Shown piece by piece: positions 12,825 to 25,430 of a stretch of 64,000 bases of DNA; positions within the stretch are counted from its first letter, which is position 1, and each line of letters opens with the position of its first letter. The DNA lies in contig CM075991.1 in assembly GCA_038087875.1 (NCBI GenBank), forward strand, positions 11,224,001-11,288,000, read 5' to 3'. A program made the translations under genes and the position numbers. Source of the stretch: Malacoraja senta (taxonomy: Eukaryota). Below the pieces are notes generated by a model that searched no databases, was not told the DNA's origin, and saw only the letters and a list, made by a program, of their open reading frames with translations.

Positions 12825-12912
12825 CGAAACCCTTCATTGCTTTTCTTAACTTTGCGGCATCTTCCTCGGGTTTGAACCCAGCAAATTCTTTGACTGTGCC
12901 TCGTCGACCAAC
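12825..12912 (-). CDS. ANXA4: Annexin A4 exon, 88 nt (VGRRGTVKEFAGFKPEEDAAKLRKAMKGF-G)
   Basis: ttttttctacag acceptor and gtatgt donor. Encodes the annexin N-terminal RGTV...DA..LRKAMKG motif. Confidence 0.96.
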
Positions 12913-13194
12913 CTGTAGAAAAAACAAAGTCCGTTGAAAATAATTTAATAAGGGTTAATGTGTGTGGTATTATTTTCTGGTGTGGTCCTCTACCCTATTC
13001 TCAGCTTTCCATTTGAAGATCCATTTCCAAATATTAAGCATGTTCCCCAAACTTACCAACACAAATGCTTCCTTTTGATTTAGAAAACTATCTCTGAAAC
13101 TGTACTGAACCATTCCAAAGTGCATCACAGAACCATATCAAGAAAGGTCAGGATAGATGATGAAAATCGTACTGAAGAGAGGGGAAAGTTACTG

Positions 13195-13978
13195 CAGATA
13201 AGTGGGAGGTATTACATTTTGGGAAGTCAAAACAGGGTAGGACATTCATAGTGAAAAGTAAGGGCTTGAGGAGTGTTGTAGAACAGAGGGATCAAAGAGT
13301 ATAGGTACATAGTTCCCTGAAAGTGGTGTCACAGGTAGATAGGGTGGTAAAGAAGGCCTTTGAGACATTGGAATCAGGAGACAGGTGTTGAAGCGTTATG
13401 TTACAGTTGTACCAGACATTGGAGGCTGCAGTTGGAGTACTGTGTTCAGTTTTGGTCACCCTGCTATAATTAAGCTGGAAAGAATGCTAAGAAGATTTAC
13501 GAGGATGTTGTTAAGACTCGAGGTCCTGATGTACAGTATACGGAACGGTTCAGCAGGCTAGGACTTCATTCCCTGAAGTGCAGGAGGTTGAGAGGTAATG
13601 TACGACTGTAACTCCAAGTCAGAGTAATACAGCCTTGAATCATGCCCTTCAGCCCCACTCATCCATGTCAACCAATGCCCCATCGAAACTAGTCCCACCT
13701 GCCAGTGTTTTGCCCATATATCTTTCTAAACCTGTCCTAGCCATGTACCTGTCCAAATGTCTTAAGTGCTCTTATAGTACCCATCTCAACTACCTTGTCC
13801 AGCAGGTTATTCCATATACCCACTATACTAGGTGAAATAGTTGCCCTTTAGGATTCTATTAATTCTTTTTCCTCTCACCTTAAATCTATGCCCTTTGGTT
13901 CTCGACTCCCCTGCCCTGGGTAAAAAAAATTCTGTGTGTTCACCCTATCTATTCCTTTCAGGATTTTGTACACCTCTA
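13195..13978. mobile_element. Two degraded CR1 fragments (plus ~13195-13597, minus ~13625-13978)
   Basis: Decayed V.HFG, LEYCVQFWSP and CR1 3' end sequence. Confidence 0.7.
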
Positions 13979-15509
13979 AAAATCATTCAATTCATTCCTG
14001 GGTTAGGGCTCAGTATGTAGAGGAACAAACCACAGTAGTAAGGAAAACATCATTTCCCTGCTGACAAACGAGTGTGTCCTACCTCATTTAGAACTATAAT
14101 AATAAAATGATTCCCAAGACATTTCAGCATGATAAAGCTGCCTAAGCCACCAAGATGGTCTCAGTTTACAGTGCAAAATACTGTGTAATCCTTCCATCCA
14201 CCTCGCTAAGTCTGTGCAAACTGCTGTGTGTTTATCCTGTGCAGATTTAAGAGTAAGGAACACAAAAACAAACTACTAGAGAAGCATGTGCAAGTGTTGT
14301 AGGCTTGTTATTTTTTTATACAAAACAGCAGAGTTTGGGAAACGACAATTAACTGAATGATGTAGCTCGGGGTAAAACTAATGCCACCAACAGCAATTCC
14401 ACCTTCCACTCTTCACATCATAAGTATAAAAGCTGTTCTCAGAAATAAAAATAAAGCCAGTTTTGGTCTCCCAGGGACTGCTATAAATATTGTTACCAAC
14501 ACACCAGATTGCGAAGAGACATTCTACAGAATGTGGATAGATCCTACCAGGGATGAGCAGTGCAGGGTCATATCCAAGGAAATGAAACCAAGCAAGCCGA
14601 TGAAGTGATGCTTCTGGTCGAGACCCTTCTTCAGACTGAGAGTCAGGGGTGATAGAGACACAGAGATAAGGAAGAGCAAGGTGAAGGAGGAAGAAGCATA
14701 ACCCATTCCTTCTGTCCAGAGATGCTGCCTGTCCCTCCGAGTTACTCCAGCATTTTGTGTCACACCTTACCCTTCCTTATCTGTGTCTCCCTCTTCCCAG
14801 ACTCTGAAGAAGGGCCTTGACCCAAAACATCACCTATTCCTTCGCTCCATAGATGCTGCCTCACCTGCTGAGTTTCTCCTTTTACCTACATGTGTTAATA
14901 AAGTATTCATTTATTCATGAGGAGTAAACACAGTGAGGAGGTGCTTAAATATAAATTAAGGGAGCAGTAAGGGCCTGAAACACCAGAGCAGGTGGCAACT
15001 TTACCCCACAGTAGAGATGCCCAAAACCAGAAGGTTTAAGGGGAGAAATGGGAGATTGAGGGAATCCAAGGAAGAATATTTTTACCCCAATGGTGGTTGA
15101 AGTCTGGAATGCACTGCCTGGTGCAGAGGCAGTATTTACGAAATATAAGCAACATTCGATGGGCCGAATGGCCTAATTCTGCTCTTATATTTTATGTATT
15201 TTGGCCATGTCCATGTGCAGGTACTTGGGATTAGTATAGAAACCCAAAAATGATACAAGTGCTCAACATCACCTATCCATGATCTCCAGAGAAGCTGCCT
15301 GACCCACTGAGGTTTTTTTTTTTGTAACCCAGCATCTGCAGTTCCTTGCATCTCTAGATAAAGGAGGATGGATTCCTGCAGCTATTATTTACAGACAATA
15401 TTTTCCCTGTTCCATTTACAAATTGAGAACTTCAAGTTCCGAGGTAGAAATATTTCCAATAATTTGACCAGGTCAAACCACATCACAAAGAGGAAGGAAC
15501 ATTTGTGGG

Positions 15510-15730
15510 AAAGAACTGCGGATGCTGGTTTAAATCAAAAGTAGACCAAAAATGCTGGAGTTTGTCAGTGGGACAGGCAGTATCTCTGGGGAGAAGGAAT
15601 GGGTGACGTTTCGGGTAGAAACCCTTCTTCAGGTCTGAAGAAGGGTCTCGACCCGAGACATCACCCATTCCTTCTCTCCAGAAATGCTGCCTGTCCCGCT
15701 GAGTTACTCGAGCATTTTGTGTCTACCTTC
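15510..15730. repeat. Fold-back (inverted) pair of Penelope terminal repeats with hammerhead cores on both strands
   Basis: Arms AATGCTGGAG...GGGTGACGTTTCGGG...CTTCAG and its reverse complement, meeting at ~15633. Confidence 0.8.
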
Positions 15731-16627
15731 ACAAAGAGGAACTCCAGGTAAGCTCGGAGGTAGAAAACTAACAAGACAGTGGATTCCCACCACAAGCCTG
15801 AAGCATTCCCAAACAGCTGAACAATTGGGGAAATACATTTCATTGCACACAAAGGGACAGCACACTGGCGCCAGAGACCCGTGTTCGAGCCCGACTACGG
15901 GTACTGCCTGTACAGAGTTTGTACGTTCTCCCTGGGATCGTGTGTGTTTCCTCCGGGTGCACTGGTTTCCTTCCACATCCCAAAGACGTGCAGGTTTATA
16001 GGTGAATTGGCTTTGGTAATACTGTAAATTGTCCCTAGTGTGCAGGATAGGGCTAGTGTATGGAGTGATCGCGGGTCGCAGTGGACTCAGTGAGCCGAAG
16101 GGCCCGTTTCCATGCTCAATCTCTAACGTCTCCAAAAAATTAACACTTAAAAAGAAACACGAGCAAAAACAGATTTTTTTTTTTATTTTTATTTTTTATT
16201 TTTTTTAAAGTGTGCAATCTTCACAGATCCATTAATGCATAATCCTTTCTAAACAGAAGCATAAATTTCATTCCCCAACTGACAAACCTTTATCACCCAA
16301 TCATTAATGCTCAGCTGTGGACCATTGATCTACTTTCCTGAACATTTGCACAGTTATCTCATCAATAAAGAGTTGACAGCAAACCAAGGTTGGAGCTGAA
16401 CACCAACCAGCACAAGTGTTTGAACAATGGATTTTCCAACTGACAACATAATACAACATGCCAAACATGTGATTAGACTCTAACCGGTAGGAAATCAAGT
16501 CATTGAAGCCCTTCACAGTCTTATGGATCTCAATCAATACTGTTAAGTCTAATCCTTTTTCGTTTACAAGGAGACAATGCACAAATCGAATGGGGGAAGC
16601 AAGGGTGTGAGATATCCACATACTTAC

Positions 16628-16636
16628 AGCTGCCAT
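16628..16636 (-). CDS. ANXA4: Annexin A4, first coding segment (ATG GCA GCT = MAA) within exon 16628-16673
   Basis: Minus strand: pyrimidine tract...aagcag acceptor (16674-16675), Kozak-like GTCATGG, donor GCT|gtaagt. The 9 coding nt join in phase 0 to the next exon, as in the short first coding exon of ANXA4. Confidence 0.88.
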
Positions 16637-16957
16637 GACAACACGAGTTCTTGAGGTGGAGAAAATTATCTACCTGCTTGGGAAGACAAAAAATAGCAAC
16701 GTGAAGTTCCCTGTAGAGTGAAGTGCAAGTATTAGCAAAAAAATCTTTGCTCAGAGATTATTCAGTAACGACTGTGAACTGTTGGTTGAGAATGCGGCAG
16801 CAACAGGTCACATACCTCACTAAATAAACTCATCATTTGTAACTGCCAGCTGTTGCTTAATAGACAGTACTTAGCTCCAAGGGTAGAAGGTTACAAGTTC
16901 AAGTTCCACCCTACAGATTTGGGCACAAACATCTCGGATATTTCAGATAGCACATTT

Positions 16958-17370
16958 CAATAGACAATAGACAATAGGTGCAGGAGTAGGCCATTTGGCC
17001 CTTCGAGCCAGCACCGCCATTCAATGTGATCATGGCTGATCATCCCAATCAGTACCCCGTTCCTGCCTTCTCCCCCATATCCCCCGACTATCTTTAAGAG
17101 CCCTGTCTAGCTGTCTCTTGAAAGTATCCAGAGAACCAGCCTCCACCGCTCTCTGAGGCAGAGAATTCCACACTCACAACTCTGTGAGAAAAAATGTTTC
17201 CTCATCTCTGTTCTAAATGGCTTACCCATTATTCTTAAACTGTGGCCCCTGGTTCTGGACTCCACCAACATCGGGAACATGTTTCCTGCCTTTAGCGTGT
17301 CCAAACCCTTAACAATCTTATATCAATAAGATCCCCTCTCATCCTTCTAAACTCCAGTGTACAAGCCCAT
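16958..17370 (-). mobile_element. CR1 (HER1-like) LINE 3' fragment
   Basis: RTRGHSLRI motif and (ATTGTCT)n tail. Confidence 0.85.
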
Positions 17371-17572
17371 TTCAGATCAGAGGTTAATACAAAGAAGTAC
17401 AAACCATTTATTTTACCCATGTTCTCTTTGTAAGGAGCTTAAATCAAGGGAGGGATAGGTGAAAGGGCACGGGGGGGGGGGGGAGAGTGGGATGTTGGGA
17501 GGTGTCACAGGAAAAAGAGGGATAGGGGAGGTTGTTACTTAAAATTGGAGAATTCAAATGTTCATACCGTCA

Positions 17573-17912
17573 TGGGCCTGTCCCACTTACGCGACTTTTT
17601 CGTCGACTGCCGGCACCCGTCATAGGTTGTTACAGGTCGCCGAAAATTTTCAGCATGTTGAAAATCTAGCGCCGACCAGAACAAGGTACGACTCTTTGGG
17701 CGACTACTCACGACCATACAGGCTTCACCCCGCGACATGTCGCCAGGGTATCGCCTGTATGGTCGTGAGTAGTCTCCTCAGACGCCCAAAGAGTCGTAAC
17801 GGCTTTCTGGTCGCCGCTGAATTTCCAACATGTTGAAAATTTTCGCCGACCTGCAACGACCTATGACGGTGCCGGCAGTCGCCGAATAAGTCGCGTAAGT
17901 GGGACGGGCCCA
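17573..17912. mobile_element. PIF/Harbinger-like MITE (340 bp), inserted in a Penelope fragment
   Basis: Long TIRs TGGGCCTGTCCCACTTACGCGAC / GTCGCGTAAGTGGGACGGGCCCA; flanks TCA and TTA. Confidence 0.8.
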
Positions 17913-19104
17913 TTAGGTTGTAAGCTACGAGGTGCTGTTCCTCCAGTTTGCATGTGGCCTCGCATGGCAATGGAGGAAGGCCAGGACAGAAAGGTCAGTG
18001 TGGGAATACGAAGGGACATTGACATGGTTTTGATCAAACCAGTTAATGTCTTTTATCAGAAAGTGATATTGATCAGTGGATAAATATTTGCTGGATACCA
18101 GGAACATGTTTGTTTTTTGTTCAGAGTCAGGGCAGACAAAGTCTTACTATCACTCAAATCTGTGATATTGGCTCAGTGCTGCATGGCCTCTGTCAGCTAC
18201 ATTATGCCACTTTAATCTTGGTGAGGGACTTGCATCCAAGCCGCCTAATGCAGAAGGCAGTATGGTTCCCACCAGCTCACACACACAACAGATAGTTGCA
18301 GAGTTTCGCAATGTTGCCTTTATCTGCTGTTGCTCAATTTCTAAAGCAGGTGGTGGACAAAGTCAACATGGGAATATTTCCAATTTTTAAGAACTGACAA
18401 TGGACAAACAAAAACCTCAATATTTCCTTTCCTTGGAATAAGTAATGGGAGCAGAATTAGGCCATTCAGCCCATCAAGTCTATTCCACCATTCAAACATG
18501 GCTGATCACTTACCTAACCCAATTCTCCTGCCTTCTCCCCATAACCCCCGACACACCAGAGTTAACACTGATGATGTTTAACAGAAATTCATAAGATGCT
18601 GTCATTGATCAAAAGCTACCCTAAAGAGTGAAATATCTGCACCCTTCTCTAATACTTCAGAAGAAATTTCAAACAGACTTGAAATTAGGCTCTCTCCATT
18701 GCAGACCCATAAAATCCTAAGTCTCGTTAAAGGAAGTTCAAAACAAGCGCGTTTTAAAAAAGAATATATTTAGTTATTGCTTTGCAGATGCTGGTTTATA
18801 CCAAAGATAGACACAAAATGCTGGAGTCACTCCAGTATTTTGTGGATATCTTTGCTATTCTTAAATATTATATTTTACTTTAATTTTGATTTTAATTTAA
18901 CTTCAATTTCAATCTTTTGTGTCCTTTAAGATTGCAAAGCAAAATATTCTGCTGTAAACAGGAGGAACTGCGACCGTGCATTACAAGAGCATTCAGCACA
19001 TCCCAGACGTATTCATTCTTTCCAAATGCTGTCAATGTGTTTGCAGTCTTCAATTTTTTTTAAAAAAATAGTCCCTAAAATTCTAGGCAAACATCTGTGG
19101 ATTT

Positions 19105-19357
19105 TGTTTAGAGATACAGAGCGGAAACAGGCCCTTCGGCCCACCGAGTCCGCACTGAGTGGCGATCCCTGCTCATTAATACTACCCTACACACACACAC
19201 AGGACAATTTTTGAAATTTATACCAAGCCAATTAACCTACAAACCTGTATGTCTTTGGAGTTGGGAGGAAACCGGAGATCTCATGGAAAATCCGCGCAGG
19301 TCACGGGGAGAACGTATAAACTCTGGCGCTGGAAGACGGTAGCTCTACCAGTACGCC
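19105..19357 (-). mobile_element. HE1-like SINE
   Basis: Reverse complement of the SINE consensus, with internal deletion. Confidence 0.8.
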
Positions 19358-22300
19358 CCCAATTATTAACATTGTGAGTAAAGTCAGGTAACTAACTCTT
19401 TGCACCCACCCTTGCTCTTCGGTTACTCCAACTGAACTGTATACAAAAATGAATTTCACTGTAGCTCGGTACATGCGAGAAATAAAGTGCCATACAATAC
19501 CAATGCAACCAGATGGGTCGACATCAAGGCCACCTTGGAGTTGGATTTATACAGCGAGGAAACAGGCCCTTCAGCCCAACTCATCCGTGCCGACCATGTG
19601 GTCTTTCCAAGCTAGTCCATCTGGTTCATATCCCTCAAGACCTTTTCTATCCAAGTATTTGTCCAAATGTCTTTTAAACCTTAGGACCTTGGGAGCAGAA
19701 TTCCCATTTCTGACCATTGCCAGAATATATAAATGTATCTGCTAATACCAGGCTCTGTAATCATATACTTATTTCCCAAGACATACTCAAACTAACTTTC
19801 TCTTCACTCTAACTTTTGGACTATTTGGCTGGATTATATTCATATACAATATTATCTGATTTGATCGGATAGCATAGCCTTTTATTGCATCTTGGTATGC
19901 ACACAATAATAAATCTAAAACTAAACCACCATCACAAATTGTAGTGCTGAGGGCTTGGTTAGTATCTTCAAGTTGAAGTGAAACTACTTTATTAGTCACA
20001 TATTAATGCAAGGAACTGCAGATGCTGGTTTACAAATAAAAAGGCCGAAAGTGCTGGAGTAACTCAGTCCGAAGATGGCTCCCGACCTGAAATGTCGCCT
20101 ATCCATGATCTCCAGAGATGCTGCCTGACCCACTGAGTTACTCCAGAACTTTGTGCCTTTATTCGTTACATAGGTCCTTAGGACATCTTTGTGAAAGACA
20201 CAATATATAAAATGCAAGTTCCCAAATCATTATGGTGAGAAAAAACAAAACCAAAAAAAAGTGGTTCAACATTTTGTGGTGCTGAGCAGCTGTGGAAGTA
20301 AAATATGAGTGAAAAGGCCAATAGTTCATCCAAAAATCAGTTCTCTAATTTGATGATTTAAAATGCAATCTACATTTACGAGATTTCAAAACGAGGATCT
20401 TGGTAAATTGTTGAGGAGGAAGAATGACCACCATTATTAATCATCAATTGTAAACATATCTGAAGAGCACTACAGATTGATACATCCACAGTGACCACCG
20501 TCTGGAGAAAGTCAAAGGAATGACACAAAATGCTGGAGTAACTCAGCTGGTCATGCAGCACCCGTGGAGAACATGGATGGGTGACGTTTTGGTCAGGACC
20601 CTTCTTCACACGGATTACGGGGATGGGGAAGAAAAATTGAAGAGTGGAGGGGCAGGGCCAAAGCAGGAACATTCATTTACCATAGGAAATTGTGCAAAGA
20701 CACCCAAAGCAAAATGAGATTTCCAATGTTAAAACGGTTACAGCTGGAAACAAGGTTCTAAAGACTAAGGGTGGCGGATATTTTCTCCCCATAACTACCC
20801 TAACTATACCCTTCAGGGAGATATTCTCTTATTCTCCAATGATGTTTAGTAGAAGCCATCTCTTAACATCTTTCCTCCTAGGATAATTCCCACAGCCATG
20901 TAAAATTTCCGCATTCTAGAAACGTATATCATAGTTCAGGTCGGTGGGAGAGTTCCTCCCGCCATGGGTACAATGTAATCCCGCACTACATGCTCCATGG
21001 TCGGATAGTCGGCAACTAAACCGTCTTCACAACCTGGTTTGCAGAGCTGTAGCCAAACCAAGCTGTGATACATCCAGTTCCTTCTTAAACATACATCCCG
21101 ATAAGATGCTTTCTGCAGTGCATCTGTAGAAGATGGTGATGGACAACACAGAGCTAGAGACAAGCCGGGCTTGCATCTCAAGCAAGAACGGCAGACTAGA
21201 GTTCAAAATAGTATCTACATTAAGTGGAGTGTAGTAAGAGATATATATATATATTTTTTGAAAACAGCTAGTATTGTAACGTGGCTGAGGGGAACCAAGA
21301 ATCCCTTCAAACCTCAAGTCAACCCGACTTCCACAAACTTTGTACTTAGAGCTTTTAACATAATCAAACATTGCAAGGCGAGTCACAACAAAATTTAACA
21401 CTGAACCACACAAGGATGTTATAGGATGGACAGCCAGATGCTTTAAGAGTTACCTGAAGGAGAGAGAGTAATAGAAAAAGTTGAAAGTTAATGCACAATT
21501 GACGGGTTATTTTAAGTTATTTCTACAAAAAAAAAAAAAATCGCCTCGTTGTCACAGATTCACTTTACAGCTATTTGAGGAATGGGTGCACCTGCACTTT
21601 ATAGTCGATAATATCCTTGTAGCCGTCAAGCAAAGGTCTGCTATTGCCTCCCTACAATCTTGTACAAATGCACTCACACCCCAAACCCAAGACAGCGATC
21701 AACATATTTTTGTCAATGAATAGTAGACAGTAATTGTTCAGATGGTCGTGACCCAAGTGCAGATCATTCAGGATGCGACTGAGAGTCACACAACGAGCTC
21801 TGTATGCTTTCTTATATTCAATGATTTGCACCGACTGGATGTTCACAACTTTGACCAGTTGACAGGAAAAGGAGATTTTAGATTAGAAAAGACGCATTGT
21901 TATAACCGTTAAAATCTTCTCTATTCTAGTTTCTGTCCTAGTTCCAATCCCTGTTCCCCTCCGGGGCTGAATAAAGTTTTATCGTATCGTAACACCCTGA
22001 CCGTCGAAGGCCAATGTACCAAAAGCCGGCGCCTTCACCTCCCCATCCACCAGTCACCCCCATTTTGAAGGAACCATGCACTTGCCCACTCCTGGCTCTC
22101 TCTCTGCCCCACCACACTCCCCAGCGCCCCACTATTCACCGTGAAGGTCTTGACCTCCCCGAAATGCAACACCCCACACCCATCTGCACCAAACTGCAGT
22201 GGAATTCTTTGCTACACAAGGCAGTGGAGGCCAATTCACAGGATGTTTTCAATAGAGAGTTAGATTTAGCTCCAGAGGCTAATGGAATCATGGGATTATG

Positions 22301-22444
22301 GGGAGAAAGCAGGAACGGGGTACTGATTCTGGATGATCAGCCATGATCATATTGAATGGTGGTGCAGGCTTGAAGGGCCGAATGGCCTACTCTTGCACCT
22401 GTTTTCTATGTTTCTATTAATGATCAGCAGCTAAATAATAATAG

Positions 22445-22578
22445 CAGTCTGAAGAAGGGTCTCGACCCGAAACGTCACCCATTTCTTCTCTCCAGAGATG
22501 CTGCCCGTCCCGCTGAGTTACTCCTGTTTTTTGTGTCTATCTTCAGTTTAAACCAGCATCTGCAGTTCCTTCTTACAC
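22445..22578 (+). repeat. Solo Penelope terminal repeat with intact minimal hammerhead core
   Basis: CTGAAGA-AGGG-TCTCGA-CCC-GAAAC-GTC at 22449-22476. Confidence 0.75.
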
Positions 22579-23334
22579 AATAATGATCACAAATTTAGGA
22601 CATTTTGAATAGCAAAGGTTATCGTCCAAAATATCATTTTGGTAATCTGGGCACTGCTGGCAAAAACATGATTTATTGCCCATTCCGTATTGCCCTCAGA
22701 AAAAAGGCAGAGGCACCTTTTGTTTTTAGTTATTTATTAATAATAATAAAAATAATAATAATCAAATACAAAGGAATCCTGACAGTACTACGGGCTAAGC
22801 AGTTCCAAGATTTGGAGCCAGTAGCAATCAGGATCACAACACATTTCCAAGTCAGGGTGGTGTGCGACTCAAACAGGAAACAAAGGTGTTCCAATCCTCC
22901 TGCTGTCCATATTGGTGGTAGATATGACCGGCTTGGGAGGTGCTGTGGCATAACTAAAGTGCTTTTGCATTTTGCAGATGGAACACACTTTAAACACCTT
23001 GTTTGTTGAGTTGAAAAATCCAGAGTGCTTAAGCAACTCAGCGGGTCAGACAGCATCTCTGGAGAGCATGGACACAAATCAGTCTGAAGAAGTTGCAGTC
23101 TTGACCCAAAACATCACCTATCCATGTAATTCAGAGATGCTGCCTGATCTGCTGAGTTACTCCAGCACTGTGTGTTATTTAGCTCAAGGTTCCAGCATCT
23201 GCAGTTCCTTGTGTCTATCTCTTGCTGATTGAATCTGTTTAGTGCTCATCTCAAGCAAACATCAGGGGAAGAAAAAGAATTATATTTAATAGATTGGCAA
23301 GTGGTGAAAATAAGTGAGCAAATTGATGATATTG

Positions 23335-23950
23335 ATGAGTATAAGAGCAGGGAGGTTCTACTGCAGTTGTACAGGGTCTTGGTGAGGCCACACCTGGAGT
23401 ATTACGTACAGTTTTGGTCACCAAATCTGAGGAAAGACATTCTTGCCATAGAGGGAGTACAGAGAAGGTTCACCAGACTGATTCCTGGGATGGCAGGACT
23501 TTCATATGAAGAAAGACTGGATAGACTTGGCTTGTACTCACTAGAATTTAGAAGATTGAGGGGGGGATCTTATAGAAACTTACAAGATTCTTAAGGGGTT
23601 GGACAGGCTAGATGCAGGAAGATTGTTCCCGATGTTGGGGAAGTCCAGAACAAGGGGTCACAGTTTAAGGATAAGGGGGAAGTCTTTTAGGACCGAGATG
23701 AGAAAAACATTTTTCACACAGAGTGGTGAATCTGTGGAATTCTCTGCCACAGAAGGTAGTTGAGGCCAGTTCATTGGCTATATTTAAGAGGGAGTTAGAT
23801 GTGGCCCTTGTGGCTAAAGGGATCAGGGGGTATGGAGAGAAGGCAGGTACAGGATACTGAGTTGGATGATCAGCCATGATCATATTGAATGGCAGTGCAG
23901 GCTCGAAGGGCCGAATGGCTTACTCCTGCACCCATTTTCTATGTTTCTAT
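23335..23950 (+). mobile_element. CR1 LINE 3' fragment
   Basis: [17 protein letters not shown]...VQRRFTR...LEFRRLRG and (ATGTTTCT)n tail. Confidence 0.9.
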
Positions 23951-24682
23951 GATGTTAATTAGTTGGGATACATATCTCCACACATAGTTGTAGAAGCATC
24001 ATGTTGTCAGTTAATGAAGGGCATGTATCCAGAGCTTTCATTCATTTTGCATGCTAAATATTGACATGACAAGTGTACATTTTCCATTGGCAATGCCAAT
24101 TTCTACCAGAGATATTTTATAGTCCCCTATTATAGGTGAATCAATTTTAGTTAACTAAAACCCACAAATCACTTGCCTCACTTTGGCCTGCCCTGACCCC
24201 TCTTCCATCTTTCTCCCCGTTCTCCATCAGTCTGAAGAACAGTCCCGACCCGAATCATCCATCCATTTGTTCCATAGTTGCTGCCTGGCCTGCTGAGTTC
24301 CTCCAGCACTTTGTGTTCTGCTCAACGTTCCAGCACCTGCAGTCCCTTGCATCGCCAAGCTTCAATCACCCCGTCCTTATTCTGCTGCACCCCTACAATT
24401 TATTCCCTCTCAAATACTCATCCACTTCTCGTCCATTGTTTTTGCCAGAGGCTTGCACTCAGGGTAATTTCCAGCACTTGCTTGACATGTACTATGGGGA
24501 CACACCCTTCCTCAGAGAGAATATTGAAACCACTCAGCAAACAGCCAAAATCACAATCCAACCCACATGCCTGGAACCATGCAGTTTAATGAAGGAAACC
24601 CTCGTTGAATATGAACCGTTGCAAGAAGGGTTCTTCAGGGTGGATTGCAGATGTTACTTTATGCGAGGCTGCATTACCTGGA

Positions 24683-24904
24683 AGGTAGACAAAAGTGCTG
24701 GAGAAACTCAGTGGCTGCGGCAGCATCTATGGAACGAAGGAAATAGGCAACGTTTCGGGACGAAACCCTTCTTCAGACTGGAGGAAATAGGCAACGTTTC
24801 GGGCCGAAACCCTTCTGGGTTTCGGCCCGAAACGTTGCCTATTTCCTTCGCTCCATAGATACTGCCGCACCCGCTGAGTTCCTCCAGCACTTTTGTCCAC
24901 CTTC
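24683..24904. repeat. Fold-back Penelope terminal repeat, right arm interrupted by CR1
   Basis: Inverted arms; the right arm resumes at ~25428-25462 after the CR1. Confidence 0.8.
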
Positions 24905-25430
24905 ATAGAAACATAGAAACATAGAAATTAGGTGCAGGAGTAGGCCATTCGGCCCTTCGAGCCTGCACCGCCATTCAATATGATCATGGCTGATCATCCA
25001 ACTCAGTATCCCGTACTTGCCTTCTCTCCATACCTTCTGATCCCTTTAGCCACAAGGGCCACATCTAACTCCCTCTTAAATATAGCCAATGAACTGGCCT
25101 CGACTACCCTCTGTGGCAGAGAGTTACAGAGATTCACCACTCACTGTGTGAAAAAAGTTCTTCTCATCTCGGTTTTAAAGGATTTCCCCCTTATCCTTAA
25201 GCTGTGACCCCTTGTCCTGGACTTCCCCAACATCGGGAGCAATCTTCCTGCATCTAGCCTGTATAACCCCTTAAGAATTTTGTAAGTTTCTATAAGATCC
25301 CCTCTCAATCTCCTAAATTCTAGAGAGTATAAACCAAGTCTATCCAGTCTTTCTTCATAAGACAGTCCTGACATCCCAGGAACCAGTCTGGTGAAACTTC
25401 TCTGCACTCCCTCTATGGCAATAATGTCCT
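24905..25430 (-). mobile_element. CR1 LINE 3' fragment
   Basis: RRLRGDLIETYKILKG...RTRGHSLRI; same subfamily as 23335-23950. Confidence 0.9.
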
